IMG/VR virus record: IMGVR_UViG_3300031555_006395
Location: 17,682 to 81,681 of that record
Source of the DNA: a virus
Taxonomy: Duplodnaviria > Caudoviricetes
Reading direction: 5' to 3' (one strand)
DNA: 64,000 bases
Below, piece by piece: positions 55,101-63,733 of the stretch; the first letter of the stretch is position 1, and every line of letters starts with the position of its first letter. The notes below the pieces were generated by a model. It saw nothing but the letters and a program-made list of their open reading frames with translations, ran no database searches and was not told the origin of the DNA. A program made the position numbers and the translations under genes.

Positions 55101-55355
55101 ACAGATGTTGTACCATTGCGAAGTAAAACAGACGATACCATTTGGGCATATGCTTTATTCACACGAAGCATTGGCAGTGGAAAGAGTGGCCGGCTAACTT
55201 TAAGAACGAAATTGTATGAGAGTAATCCCGTACAAAAAAACGATATCATCTATGCGGAAAACATTACGAAAAATAAGGCAGGATATTGGTATTTACTTGA
55301 TTACTATCGTATTGTTGGTGACAATATAAAATTTTACGGAGGTGGGCGAGCATAA
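52146..55355 (+). CDS. dnaE: DNA polymerase III alpha subunit (family C)
   Basis: PHP HLHSD, GRGSVSGS, ADIDTD, THPSG, KLDILGL. Confidence 0.93.
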   Translation: MGNNYFLYHLHSDLSNGVTNIDSVTKYKEYIDKAKECGMTSLAFSEHGSVFEWWHKKCDIEAAGMKYVHAVETYVTESLEEKIRDNYHCVLLAKNKAGVFELNKLISTSFCREDNHYYYTPRISFEELKHTSDNILITTACIGGPLSKGNEDFKERFIDFLLENNNRVWLEIGHHLDPKQVQYNQYLYSLNKKYGLRLIAGTDTHCLNDTHVKGRKILQLSKNIHFSDEDNWDLTFKTYDQLVAAYSEQNAIPEKVYLDAIENTNILADQIESFNIDKSTKYPHIYEDSATTFRQKINTAIKNHPYINKRYTIEEINKTVDEEFAVYKKTGSIDFMLLQNYIREWERENGILCGYGRGSVSGSFIAYILGITQMDSKRFDLNFFRFANPERVTNADIDTDYSSKDRDRVKQFLLRDKMNLPQIKTSEIITFNTVAEKGAVRDVARAMDIPLSEVADICDQIGKNGIPEKLRKKYPELFEYVDIVSGTIVSIGTHPSGVLVSDLDLTENVGTCTTSTSDYPISMLNMKELDDLFFVKLDILGLDNIGVINETCKMVGIDRADPDNTDLEDMDVWEKIRDDTTLIFQWESEQAQAYLRKFMSDETLNKVRPNIPNFSMLKWLSLGNGLIRPACSSYRNEVADGIFYDNGLEELNQFLAKEMGHICMQETIMQFLVQFCGYSQAESDNVRRAIAKKKGTETLLPEIESRFIKYTSQNYNVSKEKCEDVIKPFLQVILDASDYGFSWNHSDSYSCTGYICGYLRHYYPYEFVTSALNIFKDNEDKVRAITEYAQNNGIRIIPPKFGVSKDQYMFDKSQKVIAKGVASIKYLNEQVPNELYELSKRSYDYFVDLLWDINRETSANSRQLDILIKIDYFSDFGNGKELLRINDMFNLFKQGTAKTIKKDKVDVTLSKILKRYANGVTKSGAEAKSYSIIDMRGLLRECEQYIRSLQIEDFDYKNKMITQEELLGYIDLTTGREEDRKKLLLTDVVPLRSKTDDTIWAYALFTRSIGSGKSGRLTLRTKLYESNPVQKNDIIYAENITKNKAGYWYLLDYYRIVGDNIKFYGGGRA

Positions 55356-56623
55356 AAAAGGTATATCCTATCTTTCAAAAAATTATCGAGACTAATAGCA
55401 AAAAAGAAATGATTGAAATTCTGAGAGAGAACCAAGATAATCAAAGGTTTCTTTCTATTTTAAAATTTCTTTTAGATCCGTTTATTATTACAGGTCTTTC
55501 AAAAAAGAAAATAAACAAAAAAGTATCTTGCCCGCCATCCATGTCGTTAGATGATATATATGAAGCAATGGCCTTTGTTAGAGTCAACAATAACGGCAGC
55601 GATTCTGTAATCGCCACTGTGCAAGACTTTATTAATAAACAGGAGGAGCCATATCGCTCCTTCTGTAAAGATATTTTGTCAAAGAATTTAAAACTAGGTT
55701 GTGGCGCCAAAACAGTAAACGCAGCGTATGAAACCAAATTTATTCCTGAATTTGATTGTATGTTGGCAGAAAAATACTATGAGAAAACAGAGTATGTTAA
55801 AGGTAAAGAGTTCTATCTTACATTAAAGTTAGACGGTATTCGTTGCTTATGCGTACGCCAGGATAATGTTATTACTTTTTACAGCCGACAAGGACAGATT
55901 ATTGAAGGCCTTATAGAGTTGGAGAAAGATATTCTATCTTTGATTCCGAATGGGGTAGTATTAGACGGTGAATTGTTGGCAACGCCAATAGGAAATGAAG
56001 TGAGTAAAGATCTTTATAAAAGAACCACCCAAATCGTCAGAAGCAAGGGGAATAAAGTAGGTATTGAATATCATATTTTCGATGTTATTAATCTGTCGGA
56101 TTTTAAAGATGGCAACGCAAATAATCCATATTATGAGCGCAGAAAGTATTTAGATCAACTAAAGGCAACCGGCCATACCCGCATTTTACCAGTCTTATAT
56201 CATGGAGATGATATCAATATGATTGACCAACTTGTATCGTGGGCCAGAAGTAATGGGCAAGAAGGTATCATGCTGAATATAGCGGATGCTCCATATGAGT
56301 TTAAAAGAACAAAAAATCTTTTAAAAGTCAAAGTAATGCAAGATGTTGATCTGAGAATTATAGGTTATAAAGAAGGCGAGGGGAATCTCGCCGGTACTTT
56401 AGGAGCCTTAATTGTAAACTATAAAAACAACAAATTAAATGTTGGTAGTGGCTACACTCTTGACGAAAGAGATCGTCTATGGTATAACAGGGACACTCTT
56501 CTTGATAAAATTGTAACAATCCAGTATTTTGAGGAAACCGAGAACAAAGATGGAGTTAAGTCTCTTCGGTTCCCAGTATTTCTTAGAATAAGAGAAGATA
56601 AAATTGAAGAAAGTTATAATTAG
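55352..56623 (+). CDS. ATP-dependent DNA ligase; ATA start overlapping the dnaE stop
   Basis: KLDGIRC, LDGEL, FDVI, EGIML, LLKVK, RFP; frame open back to ATA 55352 after GGAGGTG. Confidence 0.9.
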   Translation: MKKVYPIFQKIIETNSKKEMIEILRENQDNQRFLSILKFLLDPFIITGLSKKKINKKVSCPPSMSLDDIYEAMAFVRVNNNGSDSVIATVQDFINKQEEPYRSFCKDILSKNLKLGCGAKTVNAAYETKFIPEFDCMLAEKYYEKTEYVKGKEFYLTLKLDGIRCLCVRQDNVITFYSRQGQIIEGLIELEKDILSLIPNGVVLDGELLATPIGNEVSKDLYKRTTQIVRSKGNKVGIEYHIFDVINLSDFKDGNANNPYYERRKYLDQLKATGHTRILPVLYHGDDINMIDQLVSWARSNGQEGIMLNIADAPYEFKRTKNLLKVKVMQDVDLRIIGYKEGEGNLAGTLGALIVNYKNNKLNVGSGYTLDERDRLWYNRDTLLDKIVTIQYFEETENKDGVKSLRFPVFLRIREDKIEESYN

Positions 56624-56632
56624 GAGGTAACT

Positions 56633-57127
56633 ATGAAGAAAACAATCCAATGTTTCATTTCAGTTTTTGTGTTAGCTTGTCTGATGATATCTCAAATTAA
56701 CGTAGCATATGCGGATGAATATGTTGTATCGTTAGAAGATTGTAAATCGTATTACATAAATGATAATGAAATTGAGATGATTGAATCGGTAGTAATGCAT
56801 GAAGTTGGATATTGTTCGGAAGAAAGTATGATTGCGGTTACACATATTATATTAAATCGGTTGAAAAGTCCTCTTTTTCCAGATAACGTATATGATATTC
56901 TCCATGCCGAAGACCAGTTTACAGCTATCCATAATTACTACGACCATACTTTGCCGGTAACCAAAGAAGTCAAAGTGGCAGTTAAAAAGGCGTTTATTCT
57001 TCCAGATACAATCAATGGAGCAGTTTATTACTGTAATTTTACATATATTAAAGACCCCAAAACGATTGATTGGTTCCGCAGTCTAATAAAATGTAATGAA
57101 ATTGACGGACAAGAGTATTTTAAATAA
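56633..57127 (+). CDS. SleB-family cell wall hydrolase with signal peptide
   Basis: VMHEVG, IILNRLKSPLFPDNVYDIL...QF, GAVYY. Confidence 0.8.
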   Translation: MKKTIQCFISVFVLACLMISQINVAYADEYVVSLEDCKSYYINDNEIEMIESVVMHEVGYCSEESMIAVTHIILNRLKSPLFPDNVYDILHAEDQFTAIHNYYDHTLPVTKEVKVAVKKAFILPDTINGAVYYCNFTYIKDPKTIDWFRSLIKCNEIDGQEYFK

Positions 57128-57135
57128 GAGGCTTT

Positions 57136-58290
57136 ATGGGTAAATACACTTACGAAGATTTAAAAATAATGCGCTCTTGGCCATTACAGAGAAAAATCCA
57201 AGTTTCACAAACAAGGATTATAGAGTGGTTACAGCATTACAACGATAAAGTATATATTTCGTTTTCGGGTGGGAAGGATTCAACCGTTTTAATAGATTTA
57301 GTCCGAAGAATTAATCCGGATATCACAGCTGTTTTTGTTGATACAGGGTTGGAATATCCCGAAATCAAAGATTTTGTCAGATGTTTTGAAAATGTCCAAT
57401 GGTTACGGCCACAAAAATACGACAATAAAACTAAAAAGCATATCTATTTTCCTTTTTCAGAAGTCATTTTAGAATACGGCTATCCAATTCTCAGTAAGGA
57501 AGTGGCCAGCTCCATCGAATCGTATCGATCTGCTAAAACAGAAAAACAGAAAGATAGATATATGAATGGAGACAAGTATAAACACTATAAAATCCCATTA
57601 AAATGGCGATATCTGATTGATGAGGATATCAAAATATCAGCACGATGTTGTGATGTAATGAAAAAACAGCCAATACACCGCTTTACAGAACAAACAGGAC
57701 TCGTAGGAATTGTAGGGATGCTGGCAGAGGAAAGCCGATTGAGAGAATCTCATTGGCTTCAATATGGGTGTAATGCATTTGATAAATCTTATCCTACTTC
57801 AAACCCACTATCATTTTGGACTAATCAAGATATTTTGCAGTATCTTGCGTTATTCGAAGATTCAATAATGCAACGAATTAAGTCTCAGCGGTTTTTAACA
57901 GAAGAGAATCAACAATATATTGATAAGTTGACTCATCCGTGGGCATCAGTTTATGGAGATATTATCGAGCAAGATGGTGAGTATGTAACAACTGGTTTAT
58001 CACGTTCGGGGTGCATGTTTTGTCTTTTCGGGATCCACTTAGAAGATGAACCAAATCGTATTCAAAAAATGAAGCTTTCCCATCCAAAACAATATGAGTT
58101 TTGTATCAATGAAACAAGAGCTTGGGATCTTGATACCGGCGAAGAGTGGGAGTTCATCGATGATGATGGAAAAGAAATGTCTCATGCAGAAATTGAAGAT
58201 ATCTGCAAAGCGTATAAAAATGATTTAAAGATAAAACATGGATTGGGGTTAGGAAAAGTACTCGACTTGATCCATGTGAATTATAAATAG
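57136..58290 (+). CDS. PAPS reductase-family (PP-loop) protein
   Basis: SFSGGKDS, DTGLEYPE, CCDVMKK, RSGCMFC. Confidence 0.88.
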   Translation: MGKYTYEDLKIMRSWPLQRKIQVSQTRIIEWLQHYNDKVYISFSGGKDSTVLIDLVRRINPDITAVFVDTGLEYPEIKDFVRCFENVQWLRPQKYDNKTKKHIYFPFSEVILEYGYPILSKEVASSIESYRSAKTEKQKDRYMNGDKYKHYKIPLKWRYLIDEDIKISARCCDVMKKQPIHRFTEQTGLVGIVGMLAEESRLRESHWLQYGCNAFDKSYPTSNPLSFWTNQDILQYLALFEDSIMQRIKSQRFLTEENQQYIDKLTHPWASVYGDIIEQDGEYVTTGLSRSGCMFCLFGIHLEDEPNRIQKMKLSHPKQYEFCINETRAWDLDTGEEWEFIDDDGKEMSHAEIEDICKAYKNDLKIKHGLGLGKVLDLIHVNYK

Positions 58291-58295
58291 GAGGA

Positions 58296-58526
58296 ATGAC
58301 AATGAAGTTTAAAGCAAACCTATCCAATGTAAAAGATGTTAAAGAATTTGTGGCTTTGGCAAATCGGTTGCCTAACATTGTAAAGGTAAGTCACGGCTTG
58401 TTTACCGTAAATGGCAAATCCTTACTGGGCCTTTTTAGCTTGGATCTATCTTACGATGTAGATGTTGAAGTTATTGGAGAGGTTAACGAGGCATTTCGTT
58501 ACGAACTAGAAGTATTTTCTGCATAG
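58296..58526 (+). CDS. HPr-like phosphocarrier protein lacking His15
   Basis: VNGKSLLGLFSL (Ser46 motif). Confidence 0.8.
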   Translation: MTMKFKANLSNVKDVKEFVALANRLPNIVKVSHGLFTVNGKSLLGLFSLDLSYDVDVEVIGEVNEAFRYELEVFSA

Positions 58527-58535
58527 GAGAGAAAA

Positions 58536-59255
58536 ATGAAAGTTAGTCTTTTGACGTGTACTGAACGCCCAGAAAAAATCGTCGCTGCAGCCGCAAAACT
58601 CTGTTATAGCAATGCTGAAGTAGACGATTTGATGGATAAATTAACTCCCATTAAAATTGAAGGATTTTTAAACCGTCTAAGTAAAATTGGGCATGAAAGC
58701 CCCTTTGAACATATCTCATTCACCTTCGCTATCGAAGGTATTTCAAGAGCGTGTAGCCATCAGCTGGTAAGACATAGAATCGCAAGCTATTCGCAGCAAT
58801 CTCAACGATATGTAAACCTAAAAAAAACGTTCGCTTACGTAGAACCCAAAGCTATTCAGGAAGATGCCAAAGCATCACGTGAATTCCATAAAATTATGAA
58901 AGATATTCATAATGCGTATGAGAAAATCACCGAACTCCTAAAAGAGGAATATATCGCTGATGGATATGATGAAAAAACATCGGAAAAAATGTCAATCGAA
59001 GATGCCAGATATGTATTACCAAATGCCTGTGAAACCAAAATTATCGTCACTATGAATGCAAGAGCTTTAATGAACTTCTTTAAACTGCGTTGTTGTAATA
59101 GAGCTCAGTGGGAAATTAGAGAATTGGCGGATAAAATGTTGGAAATTTGCAAAGAAAAAGCACCTAACATTTTTAAATATGCCGGTGCCGCATGTATGCA
59201 TGGTCAATGTTCCGAGGGAGAAATGTCCTGTGGCAAACCAAGAAGGAGTGTATAA
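58536..59255 (+). CDS. thyX: FAD-dependent thymidylate synthase
   Basis: GHESPFEH, RHRIASYSQQSQRY, EDARYVLP, AQWEIR. Confidence 0.95.
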   Translation: MKVSLLTCTERPEKIVAAAAKLCYSNAEVDDLMDKLTPIKIEGFLNRLSKIGHESPFEHISFTFAIEGISRACSHQLVRHRIASYSQQSQRYVNLKKTFAYVEPKAIQEDAKASREFHKIMKDIHNAYEKITELLKEEYIADGYDEKTSEKMSIEDARYVLPNACETKIIVTMNARALMNFFKLRCCNRAQWEIRELADKMLEICKEKAPNIFKYAGAACMHGQCSEGEMSCGKPRRSV

Positions 59256-59795
59256 ATGAAATATCAAATCGGAGATAGAGTAAAAGTCAAAGAGGGTAAT
59301 TTCCCAATTTTTATGGGAATTGCGCGAGATGGCGACGGTTATGGAGCGCTTGCCGGTAAAGTTGTAACGATTGCCGGTATTCATCCTCAACACTATAAAG
59401 GTTATTCTGTTACATACTGGATTAAAGAATTTGGATCAGAATCTGCTGATTTGTGGATTGACGATTCCTTTGAAGGGCTTGCTGATGAGCTCGTTGTAGA
59501 TAATGATTGTAACAAAGATGAAGATAAAATGTCTAGCATCGCAGATTCAGATATTATCAATCATCCGTCCCACTATTGTTTTGGAGGTATGGAAGCAATC
59601 GATGAGATGGAGACGGTGTTTGGCACCGAAGCGGTTATGCATTTTTGCCTGTTGAATGTTTGGAAATATCGTAAACGTGCTCTCAGAAAGAACGGAGAGC
59701 AGGATATTCAGAAATCAGATTGGTATATGAACAAGTATAAAGAGCTAAAACATAAGATTGTGGCTGCTGAGGCAGCCACATCATCACATTTCTAA
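59256..59795 (+). CDS. DUF3310-domain protein
   Basis: INHPSHY...EAID...KYRKRA...DIQKSDWY. Confidence 0.8.
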   Translation: MKYQIGDRVKVKEGNFPIFMGIARDGDGYGALAGKVVTIAGIHPQHYKGYSVTYWIKEFGSESADLWIDDSFEGLADELVVDNDCNKDEDKMSSIADSDIINHPSHYCFGGMEAIDEMETVFGTEAVMHFCLLNVWKYRKRALRKNGEQDIQKSDWYMNKYKELKHKIVAAEAATSSHF

Positions 59796-59953
59796 AAAAA
59801 CGATAAAAATGAAAAAATCCAATTGTCATTTTTCCCCCTAAAATAGGGCGAAATCGTCGAATGAAAAAATGAGATTTTTTGAATAAAATTGTTATTTTAT
59901 TATGAGGTAAGCTTTGAAAGGGTACCCGCCTCCTGGACGCAGGAGGAATTATT

Positions 59954-62218
59954 ATTACACAGCATGTTTCTGTTTTATCATTGTTTGACGGTATGTCTTG
60001 CGGAATGATTGCAATGAAAAACGCAGGAGTCACCGTGAACAAATACATATCATACGAAATAGATAAATTTGCAATTAAAGTATCGAGTCACAATTTTCCA
60101 GAGATAAAACAATGCGGGGATGTATTCGCTGCAGATTTTACAAAATGGTTGGGGATAGACTATTTGATCGGAGGGAGCCCCTGCTTTACGAAGGGACATC
60201 TCGTTCTGACAAAAGATGGGTATAAAGATGTATCTGAAATTCAAATTGGCGATATGGTTCTAACTCATGCTGGCGAATATCATAAAGTTGTTCGAACTAA
60301 TACTAGGATTGCAGATACTTACGCAGTAAAAATCGTTGGATATCCGGAGTTTATCACAACTGCAGGACACCCCTTTTATACTATTAAAAAAAGAAAGGCA
60401 AGTTATTCTGAATATGTCTCCACGCATTCACAACGTATATTTTCAGAAGAGCCAGAGTGGACTCCGGCATCAGCCTTGACATCCAATCACTTTTGTGGGC
60501 AACACTTAAAAGCTTCTGCAGTAGTTGATAATGATTTTTTAACAACTGAATTGTGTTGGCTATTGGGAAGATATTTGGCTGATGGACATATTAGAAAGGA
60601 CAAAAGAAAAGAGCGGAAAAATAGTTTTATTTACCAGCTTATTATTTCTGTTGGCAAAGATAAATTAAATGACTTTAAAGCCCATGTCAAAGAACGACAT
60701 TATTCATGCTATAAGCACACGCAATCTGTTTACCGATGCACTTTCTCATCGCAACAACTCGTTGAGTATGTCATTGAGAATCGTTTCGGAGATCATTCGT
60801 ACAATAAACGTATTCCCGAATTTATTTACAGCTTAAGTTATGAAAAAAGAAACGCTTTTTTAGAGGGCTATTTAAGCGGGGACGGATGTTATAACAAAAA
60901 TTCAGATTCGTGGGCAATGAGTACGGTAAGTAAAGAGTTGGCTTTTGGACTGCAGAGATTGATTACAACACTTTATCAGACAAACGCTGGCGTATCAATT
61001 GCTCCTATTCGTGATGGCCATATGATTGATAATCGAATTATTAAAGCAAATTACCCTTTATATATTGTTCAATTTAAGAAACAAATTCGAAAACAGTCTG
61101 TGGCTTATATTCAAAATAATATTATTTGGACTCAAGTTAAAGCAGTCAAACCAACCGGCAAGAAAGAGGTTGTTTATAACATCGAAGTTGAAAAGGACCA
61201 TTCGTATACGGTCAATAATTGTATTGTACATAATTGTACCCATTGGTCTATTGCGCAAACAAAAAACAGAGAAACTGAAGCGAGTGGAGTAGGTTGGGAA
61301 TTATTTTCTCAGTATGTTCGTGCATTACGCGAAGCAGCACCGAAATTTTTCATTTATGAAAATAACAAATCAATGTCTGCTGCGATCCGAAAAAGCATTT
61401 CAGATACGTTTGGATTTGAACCTATTTGTATAAATTCAGCTCTTGTTTCTGCTCAGAATAGGGAACGTCTATATTGGGTCGGTGAGCGCAACGATGATGG
61501 TACGTATAGTAAAGTAAATGTTGAGCAACCCCAAGATAAGGGAATAATGTTAAAAACAATTCTTGAGATTGCGACATCTGAAAAAGGATATACCTTAAAA
61601 CCTTTGTCTACAAAAGAAATGGAGTATATGGTGCGTACCATTAAAGATGGGCGAAACCATTTTGATTTTGGATATATCCAAGATGCCACTAAAGATAAGG
61701 GCAAGTGTCTGACAGCAAATGTTAGCAAGGGGGTACCATACAATGTTTGTTGTGTGCCAATTAGAATAGGGACTATTGAAAATAGTCTCAAAAATCCGGC
61801 ACACAATTCAAAACAGTATCGTGTTTATTCTCCCGAAGGCAAGTCCACTACTCTTTGCGGCCAAGGCGGAGGCGTAGGAGCAAAAACTGGTTTATATGCT
61901 TGCCCCATTAATATTAATAATACACATAACGATGATATGGTCTTTCCGATCTATAAAGTGGAAAATGGCATGATTGGAGTAAATGATAGTTTATACCCAA
62001 TTAAATTGCCAGATGGATATTATATTATAAGAAAACTGACTGTTAACGAATGTAAACGACTGCAGACAGTTCCTGATTGGTATGATATGACTTGTTTAAG
62101 CGACACACAGGCTTATAAATGTTTAGGTAATGGATGGACTGTAGATGTAATCTCGCATTTAATTAAAGCGACATTAGCGCAATATGACGAAGAGAAGGAA
62201 AGAGGCGAAGCTCAATAA
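59954..62218 (+). CDS. C5 DNA cytosine methyltransferase with intein; probable ATT start
   Basis: VLSLFDG motif I lies upstream of the ORF-track start; GGSP|C, YENN, QNRERLYW, RKLT..EC.RLQ, LGNGW. Confidence 0.88.
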   Translation: MTQHVSVLSLFDGMSCGMIAMKNAGVTVNKYISYEIDKFAIKVSSHNFPEIKQCGDVFAADFTKWLGIDYLIGGSPCFTKGHLVLTKDGYKDVSEIQIGDMVLTHAGEYHKVVRTNTRIADTYAVKIVGYPEFITTAGHPFYTIKKRKASYSEYVSTHSQRIFSEEPEWTPASALTSNHFCGQHLKASAVVDNDFLTTELCWLLGRYLADGHIRKDKRKERKNSFIYQLIISVGKDKLNDFKAHVKERHYSCYKHTQSVYRCTFSSQQLVEYVIENRFGDHSYNKRIPEFIYSLSYEKRNAFLEGYLSGDGCYNKNSDSWAMSTVSKELAFGLQRLITTLYQTNAGVSIAPIRDGHMIDNRIIKANYPLYIVQFKKQIRKQSVAYIQNNIIWTQVKAVKPTGKKEVVYNIEVEKDHSYTVNNCIVHNCTHWSIAQTKNRETEASGVGWELFSQYVRALREAAPKFFIYENNKSMSAAIRKSISDTFGFEPICINSALVSAQNRERLYWVGERNDDGTYSKVNVEQPQDKGIMLKTILEIATSEKGYTLKPLSTKEMEYMVRTIKDGRNHFDFGYIQDATKDKGKCLTANVSKGVPYNVCCVPIRIGTIENSLKNPAHNSKQYRVYSPEGKSTTLCGQGGGVGAKTGLYACPININNTHNDDMVFPIYKVENGMIGVNDSLYPIKLPDGYYIIRKLTVNECKRLQTVPDWYDMTCLSDTQAYKCLGNGWTVDVISHLIKATLAQYDEEKERGEAQ
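60182..61234 (+). mobile_element. intein with LAGLIDADG endonuclease (351 aa) at the MTase catalytic Cys
   Basis: Starts CFTKGHLV, ends IVHN, +1 Cys; YLADG and YLSGDG motifs. Confidence 0.92.
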
Positions 62219-62952
62219 AATATATGGGAAGTAAAAGTCGAATTGCCAAAGATATTGTTCCAATTATCCAAAAATATATAGATGGCAATGAGACGGATAA
62301 GTATTATGAGCCATTTGTAGGTGGTGCAAATATCATCGACAAAATAAAAAGTTCACATAAATTTGCATCCGATCTTAATCCATACTTAATTGCTCTTTTG
62401 AGTCATGTTCAACACGGTGGCGAATTATACGATTCAGTTTCTAAAGAACTATACGATAAAGCACGACTGGCGCTTAAATCTGGAAACACATCTGAATTTG
62501 AGGATTGGCAGATTGGGAATATAGGGTTTCTCGCTTCGTATAATGGGCGATGGTTTGATGGCGGATTTGCGAAACCTACATATGAAAAATCAAAAACTGG
62601 CGTGAGATATAGAGATTATTATAAAGAATCGGCCACAAACCTTTTAAAACAGGCACCTGATTTGAATGGAATTGTGTTTAAAACCTGTGATTATAAAGAG
62701 CTTCATCCTCAAAAATCTGTGATATATTGCGACCCTCCATATATTGGCACTACACATTATGCTAACGCTCAAAACTTCGATTACGAAGAATTTTGGGGCA
62801 AAATGGACGAATGGTCAAAAGACAACATTGTAATCGTCAGCGAGCAGAGTGCTCCGAAAGATTGGCTATGTATTTGGGAAGGCTCTGTAACTAGAAGTAT
62901 AAAAGCAAAGGATAAAAAAGTGGTAGTCGAACGATTGTTTATGAAAGGCTGA
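62215..62952 (+). CDS. Dam/D12-class DNA adenine methyltransferase; ATA start
   Basis: IKYMGSK, EPFVGGA, YCDPPY. Confidence 0.88.
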   Translation: MKYMGSKSRIAKDIVPIIQKYIDGNETDKYYEPFVGGANIIDKIKSSHKFASDLNPYLIALLSHVQHGGELYDSVSKELYDKARLALKSGNTSEFEDWQIGNIGFLASYNGRWFDGGFAKPTYEKSKTGVRYRDYYKESATNLLKQAPDLNGIVFKTCDYKELHPQKSVIYCDPPYIGTTHYANAQNFDYEEFWGKMDEWSKDNIVIVSEQSAPKDWLCIWEGSVTRSIKAKDKKVVVERLFMKG

Positions 62953-62956
62953 TTTT

Positions 62957-63193
62957 ATGAGGGTTGATTTACCGAGATGTGGGTTCAAACTGTGTCGAAA
63001 TCAGTTTGACGGGAACTGTACAAAACCAGTTGAGTATCAAAGATGTGAATATATCTCAGCCATACAGAACCTCGAATTGATTATGGGCACACAAAAAATT
63101 TGCGTACTGTGCCAAAACGCTGCCTGTAAAAGCTCTACTACATCGGAAGCTGCCTGTGAGCCAGTGTGGAACGGTATGCGGATTGGAGGATAA
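62957..63193 (+). CDS. Cys-rich hypothetical protein
   Basis: Multiple Cys pairs. Confidence 0.6.
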   Translation: MRVDLPRCGFKLCRNQFDGNCTKPVEYQRCEYISAIQNLELIMGTQKICVLCQNAACKSSTTSEAACEPVWNGMRIGG

Positions 63194-63194
63194 T

Positions 63195-63539
63195 ATGCGC
63201 TTAGACAACTTAAAAGTTCAGCTTGCATTGACTATTCCATTTGGTCGTCCAGACAAAAATGGCGTTATGTACTCAAAGGAAGCCATCGAAAAAGCTGTGA
63301 GTGATTTCAACAGAAAACTGCCGATTCTCTACCGTGATAACGATTCGTGTAAAGATGGAGTAGTTGTTGGCAATACGGTTGGAGAAACCTGTTCTGTGTT
63401 ATGGGATGATGGGCGGCAGATTTGTGAAGTTGTCGTCAATGGCAATATATATTATGGCGGCGCAGATATTATTTTGAATGAAATTAAAGATGGTGTGGTA
63501 ACAGACTTCCGTATCACATCCGTTGGCTTGTCTCGATAA
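63195..63539 (+). CDS. hypothetical protein
   Basis: RBS GGAGG; PDKNGVMYSKEAIEKA. Confidence 0.7.
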   Translation: MRLDNLKVQLALTIPFGRPDKNGVMYSKEAIEKAVSDFNRKLPILYRDNDSCKDGVVVGNTVGETCSVLWDDGRQICEVVVNGNIYYGGADIILNEIKDGVVTDFRITSVGLSR

Positions 63540-63733
63540 TAAATGGTGATATTATACATCAATGTGATTGGTGTAAAAACGATTCGGAGTGTTCCGGCGT
63601 TCAGCGCAGCGAGTGTATCGACAGAGACTATTTTAGGTTTGAGACAGAACGCAGTCCGGCCGATGTTAAGGGAGAGGGTGACGGGCATAAATTGTATTTA
63701 TTTTTGATGAAAGTAAGAGGATTGAATGAGTGA
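63536..63733 (+). CDS. possible small Cys-containing protein (ATA start)
   Basis: Not in ORF track; open frame INGDIIHQCDWCKNDSEC...; overlaps both neighbours. Confidence 0.35.
   Translation: MINGDIIHQCDWCKNDSECSGVQRSECIDRDYFRFETERSPADVKGEGDGHKLYLFLMKVRGLNE

Noticed and set aside
817-63688. Many ORF-track entries antisense to or nested in clear genes (e.g. 6414+, 17271-, 19104-, 21147-, 23410-, 30596-)
   Set aside because: They are shadows of strongly biased sense genes, with no RBS and no recognisable motifs
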